The notes: a model not told the origin generated them from the sequence alone. DNA of 34,493 bases from Kiritimatiellia bacterium (GCA_029939545.1 JAOZSS010000001.1:4747-39239), one strand, 5' to 3'; shown: positions 16,364 through 26,423, counted from the first letter of the stretch. Numbers and translations are program-made.

Positions 16364-17257
16364 ATGAAAAACACTTTGGTTGTCTTGGCGGCGGGAATGG
16401 GAAGTCGGTATGGCGGGCTGAAGCAGATGGACCCGGTGGGACCCTCCGGCGAGTTTATTTTGGACTATTCAGTGTACGATGCCATACAGGCTGGGTTCGA
16501 GCGTGTCGTGTTTGTCGTTCGACGTGATATCGAAGAAACATTCCGCGAGGTGCTGGGTAACCGTATCGGCAACCACATCGAAACCGCTTATGTCTGCCAG
16601 GAGCTAACCGCCTGCCTCGACGGTTATCCGCTGCCGCCCGAGCGGAAGAAGCCCTGGGGCACCGCGCACGCCACGCTGGTCTGCCGCGAGGCCGTGGATG
16701 CACCGTTTGCCGTGATCAACGCCGACGACTTTTATGGGCGTGAAACGTTCGCCGTGCTGGGCGACTTTCTTCGCGCAACGGCCGATGATTCCTCCCGCTA
16801 TGCTATGGCCGGCTTTGCCCTGCGCAATACCGTGACGGCCCACGGATCCGTAGCGCGCGGCGTTTGTGAGGTACGCGACGGACAGCTCGCCGGTGTGGTC
16901 GAACATACCGCCATCAGCGCCGACGGAGACCAGTTCCGCTCCGAGCACCAGGACGATCTCTTTCCTGGCGATGCCATCGTGTCGATGAATACGTGGGCGC
17001 TCAAGCCCTCCGTCTTCTCCGCGCTGGAATCCCAGTTTGCCGACTTTCTGGCCGCCTCCGGCGGCGAGTCGAAGGCCGAGTTCTTTCTGCCCTCTGTGGT
17101 CGATACGATGATCAAACGCGGCGAGGCGACCGTGGATGTTCTCCCCACTTCCTGCACCTGGTTTGGCACCACATACGCCGAAGACAAGGCGCGCGTCGTG
17201 GGAGAGATCGCCCGCCTTGTTGATGAAAATAGGTACCCTCGCAGCCTCTGGATATAA
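16364..17257 (+). CDS. Sugar-phosphate nucleotidyltransferase family protein
   Basis: LVVLAAGMGSRYGGLKQ, RKKPWGTAHA, VINADDFYG, VSMN and EFFLP. Confidence 0.9.
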   Translation: MKNTLVVLAAGMGSRYGGLKQMDPVGPSGEFILDYSVYDAIQAGFERVVFVVRRDIEETFREVLGNRIGNHIETAYVCQELTACLDGYPLPPERKKPWGTAHATLVCREAVDAPFAVINADDFYGRETFAVLGDFLRATADDSSRYAMAGFALRNTVTAHGSVARGVCEVRDGQLAGVVEHTAISADGDQFRSEHQDDLFPGDAIVSMNTWALKPSVFSALESQFADFLAASGGESKAEFFLPSVVDTMIKRGEATVDVLPTSCTWFGTTYAEDKARVVGEIARLVDENRYPRSLWI

Positions 17258-17384
17258 TCCAGTGCAAAAAAAGCCTGCTATTGCAGGACATTCTGGTTGC
17301 ATTAACTCAAACGTTTGGCTTACTTTGCCCGAAGTGCCAAGGGGCACGGGTTATAAACTAACACCAAACCAGAGGACTAACGTT

Positions 17385-17675
17385 ATGGCAAAAGCCCTGA
17401 CCAAGACCCAGATCATCGCAAAACTCGCCGACCAGAACGAACTGACCAAGAAGCAGGCCAAGGCGTTCCTGGAAAGCCTCGCCACATTGGCCTACAAGAG
17501 CGCCAAGGACGGATTCACGATTCCCGGTATCGGCAAGCTCGTCAAGGTGCGCCGCAAAGCCCGCATGGGTCGCAACCCGGCCACGGGTGAGAGCATCAAG
17601 ATTCCGGCGAAGACGGTTCTGAAATTCCGCATTGCCAAGGCGGCCAAGGATGCCGTGCTCCCCGCCAAGAAATAG
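17385..17675 (+). CDS. HU family DNA-binding protein
   Basis: IPGIGKLVKVRRKARMGRNPATGESIKIPAKTVLKF. GAGGA RBS before ATG 17385. Confidence 0.95.
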   Translation: MAKALTKTQIIAKLADQNELTKKQAKAFLESLATLAYKSAKDGFTIPGIGKLVKVRRKARMGRNPATGESIKIPAKTVLKFRIAKAAKDAVLPAKK

Positions 17676-17690
17676 GCGGATCGAGAAAAC

Positions 17691-17734
17691 AAAGAGACGA
17701 CCGCAGGATGTATGTCCTGCGGTCGTTTTCTTTT
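17691..17734 (+). terminator. Rho-independent terminator after the HU gene
   Basis: Stem ACGACCGCAGGA / TCCTGCGGTCGT, followed by TTTCTTTT, with an A-rich run upstream. Confidence 0.9.
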
Positions 17735-17778
17735 GACTGGGGGTTGCCCTGCACGGGCAGGATGATAAGATAGCGCGC

Positions 17779-19059
17779 ATGAAATCAAAAGTAGCCATCT
17801 TACGTACCTCGCCAGCCACGGTCCTTGAAGATACGCACCGCCTGATGAACCTGGCGGATTACCAGGAGGCGTTACCCAAAGAGAAGGATACGGCCCTCAA
17901 GATCAATATCAGCTGGCATTTCTTCATGCCGGCCTCATCGACCACGCCTTGGCAGCTTGATGGTGTCATTCGGGCCATGAAGCGCGACGGCTATGATTCC
18001 AGCCTGATTCACGGCTGCCACAATCGCACCGTCGTCATTGATTCGCATTTTGGCGAGGAGCAGAACAAGCAGATCAATGTCATCCGCAACCACGGCCTGC
18101 GCAATATCCACCTCTACGAGGGCGAAGAGTGGATTAACGTCCGCGAGGCCGTGGGGGACCTGGCTGACAAGTTCCTCTGTCTGAATGATGTCTATAAAGA
18201 TGGCTTCATGATCCCAAAGAAGTTCATCGGCTCCAACATCATTCACCTGCCCACGGTCAAAACGCATGTCTTCACCACGACCACCGGCGCCATGAAGAAT
18301 GCATTTGGCGGACTGCTCAACGAACACCGCCACTGGACGCATCCGGTCATCCACGAAACGCTCGTAGACCTACTGATGATTCAGAAGAAAATTCACAGCG
18401 GTCTCTTTGCTGTGATGGATGGAACGTTTGCCGGGGATGGTCCCGGTCCACGCTGCATGGTGCCACACGTGAAGAATGTGCTGCTGGCCTCATCCGACCA
18501 GGTGGCGATTGATGCTGTCGCCGCCAAGCTGATGGGTTTTGATCCACTCAAGGATATCAAATTTATCCGGTTGGCCCACGAGCTGGGCCTCGGGTGCGGC
18601 GATGTGCGCGATATCGAAATCGTGGGCGATGCCGATGCCCTCAAGGAAGACTGGAAGTTCGTGGGACCCTACAAGAAGATGACCTTTGCCAGCCAGATGC
18701 AGCACAGCATCTACTGGGGCCCGCTCAAGAAACCGGTCGAGTGGACGCTCAAGACCATCCTGGCCCCGTGGGCCTACATGGCCAGCGTACTCTATCACGA
18801 CACCTACTGGTATCCGACCCACCAGAAACTGGTTCATGAAATCCTGCATAGCGATTGGGGCCGTCTCTTCCACAACTGGGAACAACTCGAGATTGTGGCA
18901 GACGATCTGGCACGCGCAGGTTGGGATGACGTGGGCGCTGACCCGATGGAATTGAAACCTGAAACGCTGAAACTCATGCGCAAATCGATGAGCCTATTGG
19001 GCACCTGCATGCGTGAAGCACCCGAGTTCGCGGCCAAGAAACGCAGGAAAGAAACCTGA
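17779..19059 (+). CDS. DUF362 domain-containing protein
   Basis: LKINIS, LPTVKTHVFTTTTGAMKNAFGGL, VMDG...GDGPGP, ASSDQVAIDAVAAKLMGFDP and AHELGLG. Confidence 0.85.
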   Translation: MKSKVAILRTSPATVLEDTHRLMNLADYQEALPKEKDTALKINISWHFFMPASSTTPWQLDGVIRAMKRDGYDSSLIHGCHNRTVVIDSHFGEEQNKQINVIRNHGLRNIHLYEGEEWINVREAVGDLADKFLCLNDVYKDGFMIPKKFIGSNIIHLPTVKTHVFTTTTGAMKNAFGGLLNEHRHWTHPVIHETLVDLLMIQKKIHSGLFAVMDGTFAGDGPGPRCMVPHVKNVLLASSDQVAIDAVAAKLMGFDPLKDIKFIRLAHELGLGCGDVRDIEIVGDADALKEDWKFVGPYKKMTFASQMQHSIYWGPLKKPVEWTLKTILAPWAYMASVLYHDTYWYPTHQKLVHEILHSDWGRLFHNWEQLEIVADDLARAGWDDVGADPMELKPETLKLMRKSMSLLGTCMREAPEFAAKKRRKET

Positions 19060-19066
19060 GCGGCTG

Positions 19067-20557
19067 CTAGATCCCGAAGAAATCCCAGATCTTACTGAGC
19101 AGCGCTTTCTCGGAAGGCTGTTCGGTGTGCTTGCTTTCGGCATCGACGGACTTCTGCAGCTTGGCGAGTTCGTCGGCGCGCTGCTTGAGCGCCTTGGCAA
19201 AGTCCTCGGCCAGGCTCTTCTTCTCTTCCAGCAGCTCTTGCAGGACGATCTGTGAAAGCTCCAGCACCCGGCAGTCGTTGACGGCCACCACGGTTGCACT
19301 ACGCGGTTCACCGGTCAGCAGACACATCTCGCCGAAGTAATCGCCCCTCTTGAGCTGGGCGACCTGCGCCGACCGCGTGTCCGGGCCAAGGTGAACCGTC
19401 GTGCTTCCCTCGAGAATGATGTAGAATGTGTTGCCGGTGTCGCCCTTGCGCACCAGGGCTTCCCCGGCACCATAAATCTTCTCCTCCATCCGCTCGGAAA
19501 CCTGGTCGCGTTCTTCCTTCGACAGGTGATTGAAGATCGGAATCTCGCCAAGCAGCTCCTTGCCGGCTTCGACCGACGCGGCGCGTTCGCGATCGGCCTT
19601 GGCCTCCACGTCGTTCATCGGACGAACGTCGCGAATCGGGAACGGGATCACGATGTCCTCGCGCTTGAAGTCGTACCAGACGCGATCCATCATGTCGCTC
19701 TGGATCTGCTCCAGCTTGGAGAAGTCGCGAATGAAGAACTTCACGGTGTAATCGATCGAAAAATCGCCATAGTTGTGCAGCCAGACCAACGGCGCCGGAT
19801 CCGCCAGGATCTCCGGAACCGCCTTGCACGCGCGCATAATGGAGGCGCGCACCTTGTTGGGCGGGACACCGTAGTTCACCCCGATCTCCTGCGTGAAACC
19901 ATGGCTCTGGGTGGGACGCGAGTAGTTGACGATGTACTCGCGCGCAATGGTGGAGTTCGGGATGATGATGTAGTCGAGCATTTTGGTCTGCAGCCGGGTC
20001 GCCCGCCAGGTCATATCTGTTACGCGACCCACAAAGTCGCCCACGCGCACCCAATCGCCGATCGAGAACGGCCGTTCGCCGGTCAGCGCGAGTCCGGCGA
20101 TCAGGTTGCCCAGCGTATCCTGCGACGCATTACCCAGGATATACCCGAGCACGATCGTGGAGAAGGCCAGAAACCTGAAGTCCACGCCGGGATACATGTG
20201 TTTGACGATCAGGTAGAACGCCAGAGACAGCAGCACCCAGCGGAAGGTCGCGCGCAATACGACCGGGACGGGCAGCCCGCCGCGCCGATGCCGGATCAAG
20301 GCGTCGAACAACAGGATGTCGAGCAAGCGGACACCAATGTACGCGAAGGTGCAAAACAGGGCCGCGTAGATGGCCCGTGCGTACCCCTGCTCAATGTGGG
20401 GACGCATGAAGAATGAGACCGATGAGACCAGAAAGAGAACGTTGAGGGACCCGCGAAACCGAGCCACAGCCTTTATCTGCTTGAGCAGAAACAGTGCTCC
20501 GCTGAGGACGCCGAACGCCACCACGGTCAGAATCGTATCCATTAGCAGGTCGTTCAT
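19067..20557 (-). CDS. MscS-family channel with a C-terminal cyclic-nucleotide-binding domain (bCNG-like)
   Basis: TM helices; QDTLGNLIAG, RPFSIGDWV, WRAT, IPNS and IPFP (MscS); IVRKG-like ALVRKGDTGNTFYIILEG and GDYFGEMCLLTGEPRSATVVA (cNMP domain). Confidence 0.92.
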   Translation of the reverse strand: MNDLLMDTILTVVAFGVLSGALFLLKQIKAVARFRGSLNVLFLVSSVSFFMRPHIEQGYARAIYAALFCTFAYIGVRLLDILLFDALIRHRRGGLPVPVVLRATFRWVLLSLAFYLIVKHMYPGVDFRFLAFSTIVLGYILGNASQDTLGNLIAGLALTGERPFSIGDWVRVGDFVGRVTDMTWRATRLQTKMLDYIIIPNSTIAREYIVNYSRPTQSHGFTQEIGVNYGVPPNKVRASIMRACKAVPEILADPAPLVWLHNYGDFSIDYTVKFFIRDFSKLEQIQSDMMDRVWYDFKREDIVIPFPIRDVRPMNDVEAKADRERAASVEAGKELLGEIPIFNHLSKEERDQVSERMEEKIYGAGEALVRKGDTGNTFYIILEGSTTVHLGPDTRSAQVAQLKRGDYFGEMCLLTGEPRSATVVAVNDCRVLELSQIVLQELLEEKKSLAEDFAKALKQRADELAKLQKSVDAESKHTEQPSEKALLSKIWDFFGI

Positions 20558-20576
20558 GCGCTTCCCATGCTATCCG

Positions 20577-21620
20577 CTACAAACGATATCCAATCGACAA
20601 GGAAGCCGCGATTACTGAATTTTTGATTCCCGCACTGTCGGGATACGACATCTCTTGACCACCAGCTACAGACTGATACAGATCGCCTCTGATCGTGGGA
20701 ATCTCTTGCGCGTCGATGGCGCCCGAGATGAAAAGCGATTTCGTGAGATTGACACTGAGATCGAGTCCTGCCGCAAAGTAGTCCCCGCCTGAAAATTCCT
20801 CCCGATAACTGCGGTTGCCGGAATAATGATAATCATGGTCTACGGCCATGACGAACGGACTGTAGAGGAAATAGACCGAAGTACGAGCCCTGGACCACTC
20901 TGCCGCCACTTGGATACCCCCATAGGGAATGTGGAAGGTCTGGTCGTAGTCAATGCCGACATCAGCACCGAAGGTGCCCCTTTGATCACGAAACCCGGTG
21001 GGGCTGGAGGGATCACTGGAGTAGATATAGGTTCCACCATAATCACTCCACTCCCAGTAGTTACGCTTGTAGCCTATCAATGAGCTGATCACGAACGGCC
21101 CAAATTGAGGCAGATCCCACGCAGTATTGATGTCAAAGCTATAGGCGAGATCGATATCCACGCCGCTCTCGGAGTAGTCCGTCCAGGCACTGGTTGTGGG
21201 TCTGCCCAACCAATCGTAGTCCTCCATGCTGCCTGTGCCTTCCGTGACATTCATCCACATGCCGACATTCAGGCGGTCTCCTAGAACAATGTGTGACAGG
21301 GTGCGGACAAAGGAGTTGTCGATCCTGCCGAGAGCTTCACTATAGTCGACTGATAGCGACCCACCGGCCATGACGAGCGATTCTATGTCCCATATGAGTT
21401 CTGATAGTTTCAGATCCGAACCGGATTCCATATAGACAATCTCGTGCGCCTCTCCCTCGACACCAAGAATAGAGCCCTCTATGGCAAATGATACGCTGCC
21501 GAATCGATCCAGCGGCAATTCAGCGCTCTGGTTCGCGTGCAGGGCGAAAACCGGTCCGGCTAATAATGCCAGCGCAGACATGAGCCCGAACTGGAGGAAA
21601 CGTAGTGAGTAGCGAGACAT
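20577..21620 (-). CDS. Omptin-family outer-membrane protease (OmpT/Pla-like)
   Basis: Signal peptide, AHEIVY, KLSELIWD, GSMEDYDW (catalytic Asp pair), YDQTFHIPYGG, DHDYHY (Asp/His) and C-terminal SIGYRL. AGGAGG RBS. Confidence 0.85.
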   Translation of the reverse strand: MSRYSLRFLQFGLMSALALLAGPVFALHANQSAELPLDRFGSVSFAIEGSILGVEGEAHEIVYMESGSDLKLSELIWDIESLVMAGGSLSVDYSEALGRIDNSFVRTLSHIVLGDRLNVGMWMNVTEGTGSMEDYDWLGRPTTSAWTDYSESGVDIDLAYSFDINTAWDLPQFGPFVISSLIGYKRNYWEWSDYGGTYIYSSDPSSPTGFRDQRGTFGADVGIDYDQTFHIPYGGIQVAAEWSRARTSVYFLYSPFVMAVDHDYHYSGNRSYREEFSGGDYFAAGLDLSVNLTKSLFISGAIDAQEIPTIRGDLYQSVAGGQEMSYPDSAGIKNSVIAASLSIGYRL

Positions 21621-21696
21621 ATCGCCTCCTTAGTTTTGCGGTTGATTCACTCTGTGCCCATTACAGACGTTTTGCAAGTCGATTTCCAATCCCCTG

Positions 21697-24600
21697 TCAC
21701 TGCACCGTGAGGCGATAGAACCGCTGCGAGACATGTTCAACACTGACTGTGTGTGTCATGGTCCCGACAACACCTGGTATATTCGATGCGCCCCCGACCG
21801 GTACCCACGTTTCTGCCACATCAACCAGTGAGGTGCGCTCCTGCAGGCTGTAGAGACGATTAGGAAACCCGGACCACTCGAACACCACACCCGTTCCTGA
21901 CGCCGAAAGGCCACCGCTTGATGCGCCAAGGAATACGAGGTCGGCCGCAGCCTGCACCGAGAGATCGACCACCACACGGTTGGTGGCGTGCTCCGGATCG
22001 TCCGTGGCGATTCGCACCATGCCCGGCAGGTTGCCGGTGGGAATACCGGCGCTGTCGAGCCGGACGGTCATCATGCTGCTTTCACCGGCGGCCATACTCC
22101 CACTGTCTGGTTGCATGCCGAGCCATCCAACAGTCGGGGAGGGGAAAACGACGGCCATATCGTCGATATACCACCCTTCTTCAGCAACCGCCCTGTCTGA
22201 CCCGAACCGGAAGCGCAGGTGGACGATCTGACCGGCATAGGCCGACAGGTCGAATGCCGCGTCCACCCAGCCATCGCCATCGCCGCCAAAGCAGGGCGTG
22301 TCATAAGGGAAGGGCGACTGGTCATTCGGGGTGATCCGATGCGGATACCCGCCTACCGGTGCGATCTGAACAAAGCTTGAACCGTCATTTGTGGAGAGTT
22401 CGACAATCCCGCCATCCCAGTAGTGGTCGTCGTTTCGACCCTCGTCGTATTCGATATCGGCCCAGTACTGGAACGATAGGACCGCCCCACTCACGGGCAA
22501 GACCAGCGGCAGTTCAAGCGACGCATTGACCTGATTGATGTATTTGTTCTGATTTGGGTCGCCACACCACCACGCGCAACTCCCGGAATAGGCGCGGTTC
22601 GTGGAAATATGCCATATATCATTGGCCCCGCCGTGAATCACGCCGTTCGGTCCCGTCTCCGCTCCATCCATCCATCCGGCCTCGGCGCTCCAGGTAAGTC
22701 CTGTGTTTCCGTTGTTGGAGAGCGTGACCACGACATTGGACATCGTATCCGGTTGCATCAACGTATCAATGTTCGAAGGTGCATAGGCGAATATCGGATA
22801 GACCACGCCAAACGAATGAACGGTTGTCTGATTCGTGTAACCGGCCGAATCCTCTGCCTCAAGCCAGTATTCGAACTGTTCACTCACAATCCCCGGTGCG
22901 GGAATGGTGGCTTGGTACAGGCTTCCCGTACCGGCCGTCATGGCCACTTGATTCCATCCTCCCGGAACCTTGCGCCAATGCAGCGTGGCACCTCCCACAC
23001 TGAAGTTATCCGTCACGATCGCCAGCACGGGCCATGGGGCTGGACGGCCTTGTGGGTCTGCCAACGGCCCGTGGCTGATAACAGGTGGGACGGGGTACGA
23101 ATTCGGGTCCTGTGGGTCGGTTCGGTCGGCCAATTCCAACTCGTTGCGGAACCCATCGCCATCGGGATCATCTGTCGGCGTTGGAGTCAACCCGCCGAAG
23201 AAATGCCGCTCCCACCAATCGGGCAACCCATCGCCATCGCTGTCCTCGGCGTCCGGCAGATAAATCGCGATCGCCTGCCGCGCGGTGCTCATCACGACGG
23301 TCGCGGCAGGATTCGCCGCCACGTTGATTCCGTCCGGCCAACGCTGTCCGTCAACCTGCCATTCCACGAATCGATACTCGGAGGTGCTGATCGCGACCGG
23401 GTCCGGTGCCAACACCGTTTCACCCGCCATATCCGCTTCCCACCAGGTCACGGTGTCCACCACGCCGGTCGGTGAAGACGATTGCGTCAAGCTGTATTGA
23501 GACTCCCACCACCAGCTGAAGGCCGTATTTTTCTCAAGAACAAACGCCACACTGTTCGTATCACCGCGTGAAGGCGCACTGCCCAGCGCGGCCCACCCGA
23601 CGCATTCGTAGCGATGCTCCGGGGTCTCCTCGGCCAATCGGTCCGCCTCTGCCTCCACCGTGATGCCGCGCGGCAACTCGTGAATGCCGTAGTTGGGATC
23701 CACCGCGCCAATTCCACTCGGCCTACTGGCGATCCAGAGCATGACCGATTCGACCACTTCAAAGTGGTGCGGCAGTGACGGGGCGGTGACAGGATGCGTC
23801 CTGCTCACACCGCCGACGGTCTGCGCTTCAACATAGTAGTAGACGTGCCCGCCCAGCGGCTGAGCAGGTAGGGTCGCGCGGTACAGATCATTCGTAATTC
23901 GCACCATCGGTGTCTCCGCATACGAATAGATCGGCCCACCCGTGTTCCAGCGCAGTTTAACAGAACCGGGAACCAGAAGGGCAAAGGGGTCTATCGTGGC
24001 TTCGATCACGTAGTCGGTCACGGCATTGGTCGTATTCACGAGCGGTTCATGATCGATGACCGGATCGATGGTGTACATGGCCGCCGCCACATCGAGCCGT
24101 CCTCCGCTCACCATTCTACCCAACAAATAGGCGTTGGTTGCTACACTGGTCATGATGTAGCTGCGTACCTGCTCCCAGGACGCGCCGGGATACGCTTCCC
24201 ATATCAGGGCGCAGGCTCCCGCCACGTGGGGCGAGGCCATTGAGGTGCCGTTCTTGGTGCCGTATCCGCCGGGCACTGTGCTTAATATGCTGGTACCGGG
24301 AGCAGCGAGATCCACAGACGTTTCCCCATAATGAGAAAAATAGGCTAACTGATCGGAACTGGTAGAAGCTGCCACGGAGATAATGTTGCTCGAGTCATAC
24401 GTGGCGGGGTAAAACGGCGTCACATCGTTGTTCAAGGAGTAGTTGCCGGCCGCGGCCACAAAAAGCATGCCGACATCGCCCGTGTCTTCGATGGCATGCT
24501 TCAACAGGGATGAGTATCCGCCGCCGCCCCAGCTATTGTTAGTCAGTCGAATGGGCACGCCGCGCTCCCGCATGGTACGGGCATACTCGAGGGCATCGAT

Positions 24601-25635
24601 CGCGTCACTCGTCGCGCCGCTGCCCGAGTCGGCGAACATCTTGAGGATCATCAGCCGGGTGTTCCAGGAGACCCCTACCACACCCACACCGTTGCTGCCG
24701 ACCGCTGCAATGGTGCCGACCACGTGCGTTCCGTGGCTGGAGGGCCCAAGGACGTCGGCATCGTCGTTGGCGAAGTCCCACCCATACACGTCATCGATGT
24801 ACCCGTTGGCATCATCATCAACCCCGTTCGTCGGGTTCTCCCAGGGATTAACCCAGAGGTTCGTCGTAAGATCCTCGTGACCGTAGTCAGCCCCCGAATC
24901 GATCACACCCACCACCACCGATCCCTGCCCCGTCTCGATATCCCATGCCTTGGGACAGCCTATCTTCTCCATGCCCCACAGTTCACCGTACCGCATATCG
25001 TCCGGAGTTGTGTCCACCATCTCCACCAGGTAGTCCGGCTCCGCGACCTCGGTCACCCACGGCGATGCCCGGTAGTCTTTGACCCGCTGTGGCACGGTCG
25101 CCAGGTCAAACGCCGCAAAGGCAACCAGGTAATGGCCCTCGCGTTTCAGCCGACGCCGGATCGTGGCACCAAACTCCCGGTTCAGCGCCTCCAACTCCGC
25201 TTCCGTGGCCTCGGGATGCAGCCGCACCAGGATATGGTCCGCCACCATCGCCACCCGCCACACCGTAACCGCTTCATCGCGCGCCTTATCGAAACGTCGC
25301 GTCTCCTCGACACGAACAAACGGGTATTTGCCCTCCGTTTCCAGAAGCCGGGTGCGCATGGAGACACCATCAGCATCGGGAGCGCTCTCCCGCTGGGATA
25401 TGACCCGCGCGCCGTCGTAGGGTGACGGAGGAAGCGGTGGCGACAGGGGCGGCCCGGATACAGCGGCCGGGTCTGGCGGCAGATCACCCGTTGCCGGCAA
25501 TTTAGAGGAGACTTCTGTGTCGCGTGAGCGTCCGGTCTTCTCTTGCTCGGAGTCGGGCACAGAAGTGACGAGTAGGAGCGCTGCCACAGCAGCCGCAATC
25601 CCAACCCTGATCCAAGCTGTCCGACGATCGATCAC
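21697..25635 (-). CDS. Large multidomain S8 (subtilase) serine protease, secreted
   Basis: Catalytic triad in VGVIDSG, SHGTHVVGTI and GTSMASPHV, with AAAGN oxyanion Asn. Also a propeptide region, Ca-binding DSDGDGLPDWWE/DPDGDG repeats, a YIDD-ending beta-sandwich and C-terminal FYRLTVQ. Confidence 0.93.
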   Translation of the reverse strand: MIDRRTAWIRVGIAAAVAALLLVTSVPDSEQEKTGRSRDTEVSSKLPATGDLPPDPAAVSGPPLSPPLPPSPYDGARVISQRESAPDADGVSMRTRLLETEGKYPFVRVEETRRFDKARDEAVTVWRVAMVADHILVRLHPEATEAELEALNREFGATIRRRLKREGHYLVAFAAFDLATVPQRVKDYRASPWVTEVAEPDYLVEMVDTTPDDMRYGELWGMEKIGCPKAWDIETGQGSVVVGVIDSGADYGHEDLTTNLWVNPWENPTNGVDDDANGYIDDVYGWDFANDDADVLGPSSHGTHVVGTIAAVGSNGVGVVGVSWNTRLMILKMFADSGSGATSDAIDALEYARTMRERGVPIRLTNNSWGGGGYSSLLKHAIEDTGDVGMLFVAAAGNYSLNNDVTPFYPATYDSSNIISVAASTSSDQLAYFSHYGETSVDLAAPGTSILSTVPGGYGTKNGTSMASPHVAGACALIWEAYPGASWEQVRSYIMTSVATNAYLLGRMVSGGRLDVAAAMYTIDPVIDHEPLVNTTNAVTDYVIEATIDPFALLVPGSVKLRWNTGGPIYSYAETPMVRITNDLYRATLPAQPLGGHVYYYVEAQTVGGVSRTHPVTAPSLPHHFEVVESVMLWIASRPSGIGAVDPNYGIHELPRGITVEAEADRLAEETPEHRYECVGWAALGSAPSRGDTNSVAFVLEKNTAFSWWWESQYSLTQSSSPTGVVDTVTWWEADMAGETVLAPDPVAISTSEYRFVEWQVDGQRWPDGINVAANPAATVVMSTARQAIAIYLPDAEDSDGDGLPDWWERHFFGGLTPTPTDDPDGDGFRNELELADRTDPQDPNSYPVPPVISHGPLADPQGRPAPWPVLAIVTDNFSVGGATLHWRKVPGGWNQVAMTAGTGSLYQATIPAPGIVSEQFEYWLEAEDSAGYTNQTTVHSFGVVYPIFAYAPSNIDTLMQPDTMSNVVVTLSNNGNTGLTWSAEAGWMDGAETGPNGVIHGGANDIWHISTNRAYSGSCAWWCGDPNQNKYINQVNASLELPLVLPVSGAVLSFQYWADIEYDEGRNDDHYWDGGIVELSTNDGSSFVQIAPVGGYPHRITPNDQSPFPYDTPCFGGDGDGWVDAAFDLSAYAGQIVHLRFRFGSDRAVAEEGWYIDDMAVVFPSPTVGWLGMQPDSGSMAAGESSMMTVRLDSAGIPTGNLPGMVRIATDDPEHATNRVVVDLSVQAAADLVFLGASSGGLSASGTGVVFEWSGFPNRLYSLQERTSLVDVAETWVPVGGASNIPGVVGTMTHTVSVEHVSQRFYRLTVQ

Positions 25636-25747
25636 ACCCTATTGTCTCAGAAAAGCAGAACGGGCAACAGGTGAGAATTGTAAGGATTTTGTACTATAGC
25701 GAGACTCAAACAGCATGATCGGCGCCGCGGCCAAACGCCCTCGATTG

Positions 25748-25822
25748 TGTCATCCCGAGCTTGCCAAGGGATCTCATAAACACCCAAGGCACAGGGGATT
25801 TCTCGCTTTACTCAAAATGACA
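25748..25822. repeat. TGTCAT...ATGACA-type palindromic intergenic element
   Basis: TGTCATCCCGAGCTTGCCAAGGGATCTC ... GGGGATTTCTCGCTTTACTCAAAATGACA has inverted ends and resembles the widespread TGTCATCCTGAGCGAAGCGAAGGATCT repeat family. Confidence 0.75.
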
Positions 25823-25846
25823 ATCTCGGCGTGCACGTATCTGTCG

Positions 25847-26368
25847 TCAGTACACCACCGGGGCAAAAACGGTGTAATCCACCAGCTTCTCGCGACCGTT
25901 GAGGAAAGCGAGTTCGACGACGAAGAGGATGGCCGCCACGGTAGCGCCACATTGCTCAACCAGCTTGGCCGAGGCTTGGGCGGTACCGCCGGTTGCCAGC
26001 AGATCGTCGACGATCACGACTTTTTCACCCGCTTCAAACGCATCCTGGTGCACAGCCAGTGTGGCGCTCCCGTATTCCAGGTCGTAAGTCTGCTCGAATG
26101 TCTTGTAGGGCAGCTTGCCCTGCTTGCGGATCGGTACGATGCCGATGTCCAGCCGCTCAGCCAGGGCTCCGGCAAAAAGAAACCCACGCGCATCGATCGC
26201 CGCCAGCTTGGTCGCACCAGCTGCGGTCACCTGCTCCGCCAAGATATCATTCGTGGCCTTGAACAGGGCCGGGTCTTTCAGAATCGGCGTGATGTCCTTG
26301 AAGATGATCCCCGGCTTGGGGAAGTCTGGTATGTCGCGGATGGCCTCTCTAATCTGTTCAGCGCTCAT
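25847..26368 (-). CDS. apt: Adenine phosphoribosyltransferase
   Basis: IRDIPDFPKPGIIFKDIT, ARGF, RKQGKLP, YDLEYG and VDDLLATGGT. GAGAGG RBS. Confidence 0.98.
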   Translation of the reverse strand: MSAEQIREAIRDIPDFPKPGIIFKDITPILKDPALFKATNDILAEQVTAAGATKLAAIDARGFLFAGALAERLDIGIVPIRKQGKLPYKTFEQTYDLEYGSATLAVHQDAFEAGEKVVIVDDLLATGGTAQASAKLVEQCGATVAAILFVVELAFLNGREKLVDYTVFAPVVY

Positions 26369-26423
26369 GGGTATCCTCTCTGTCTGGGTTGATGATGTAT
26401 AGAACATAGAGTAAGGTGTCCTC

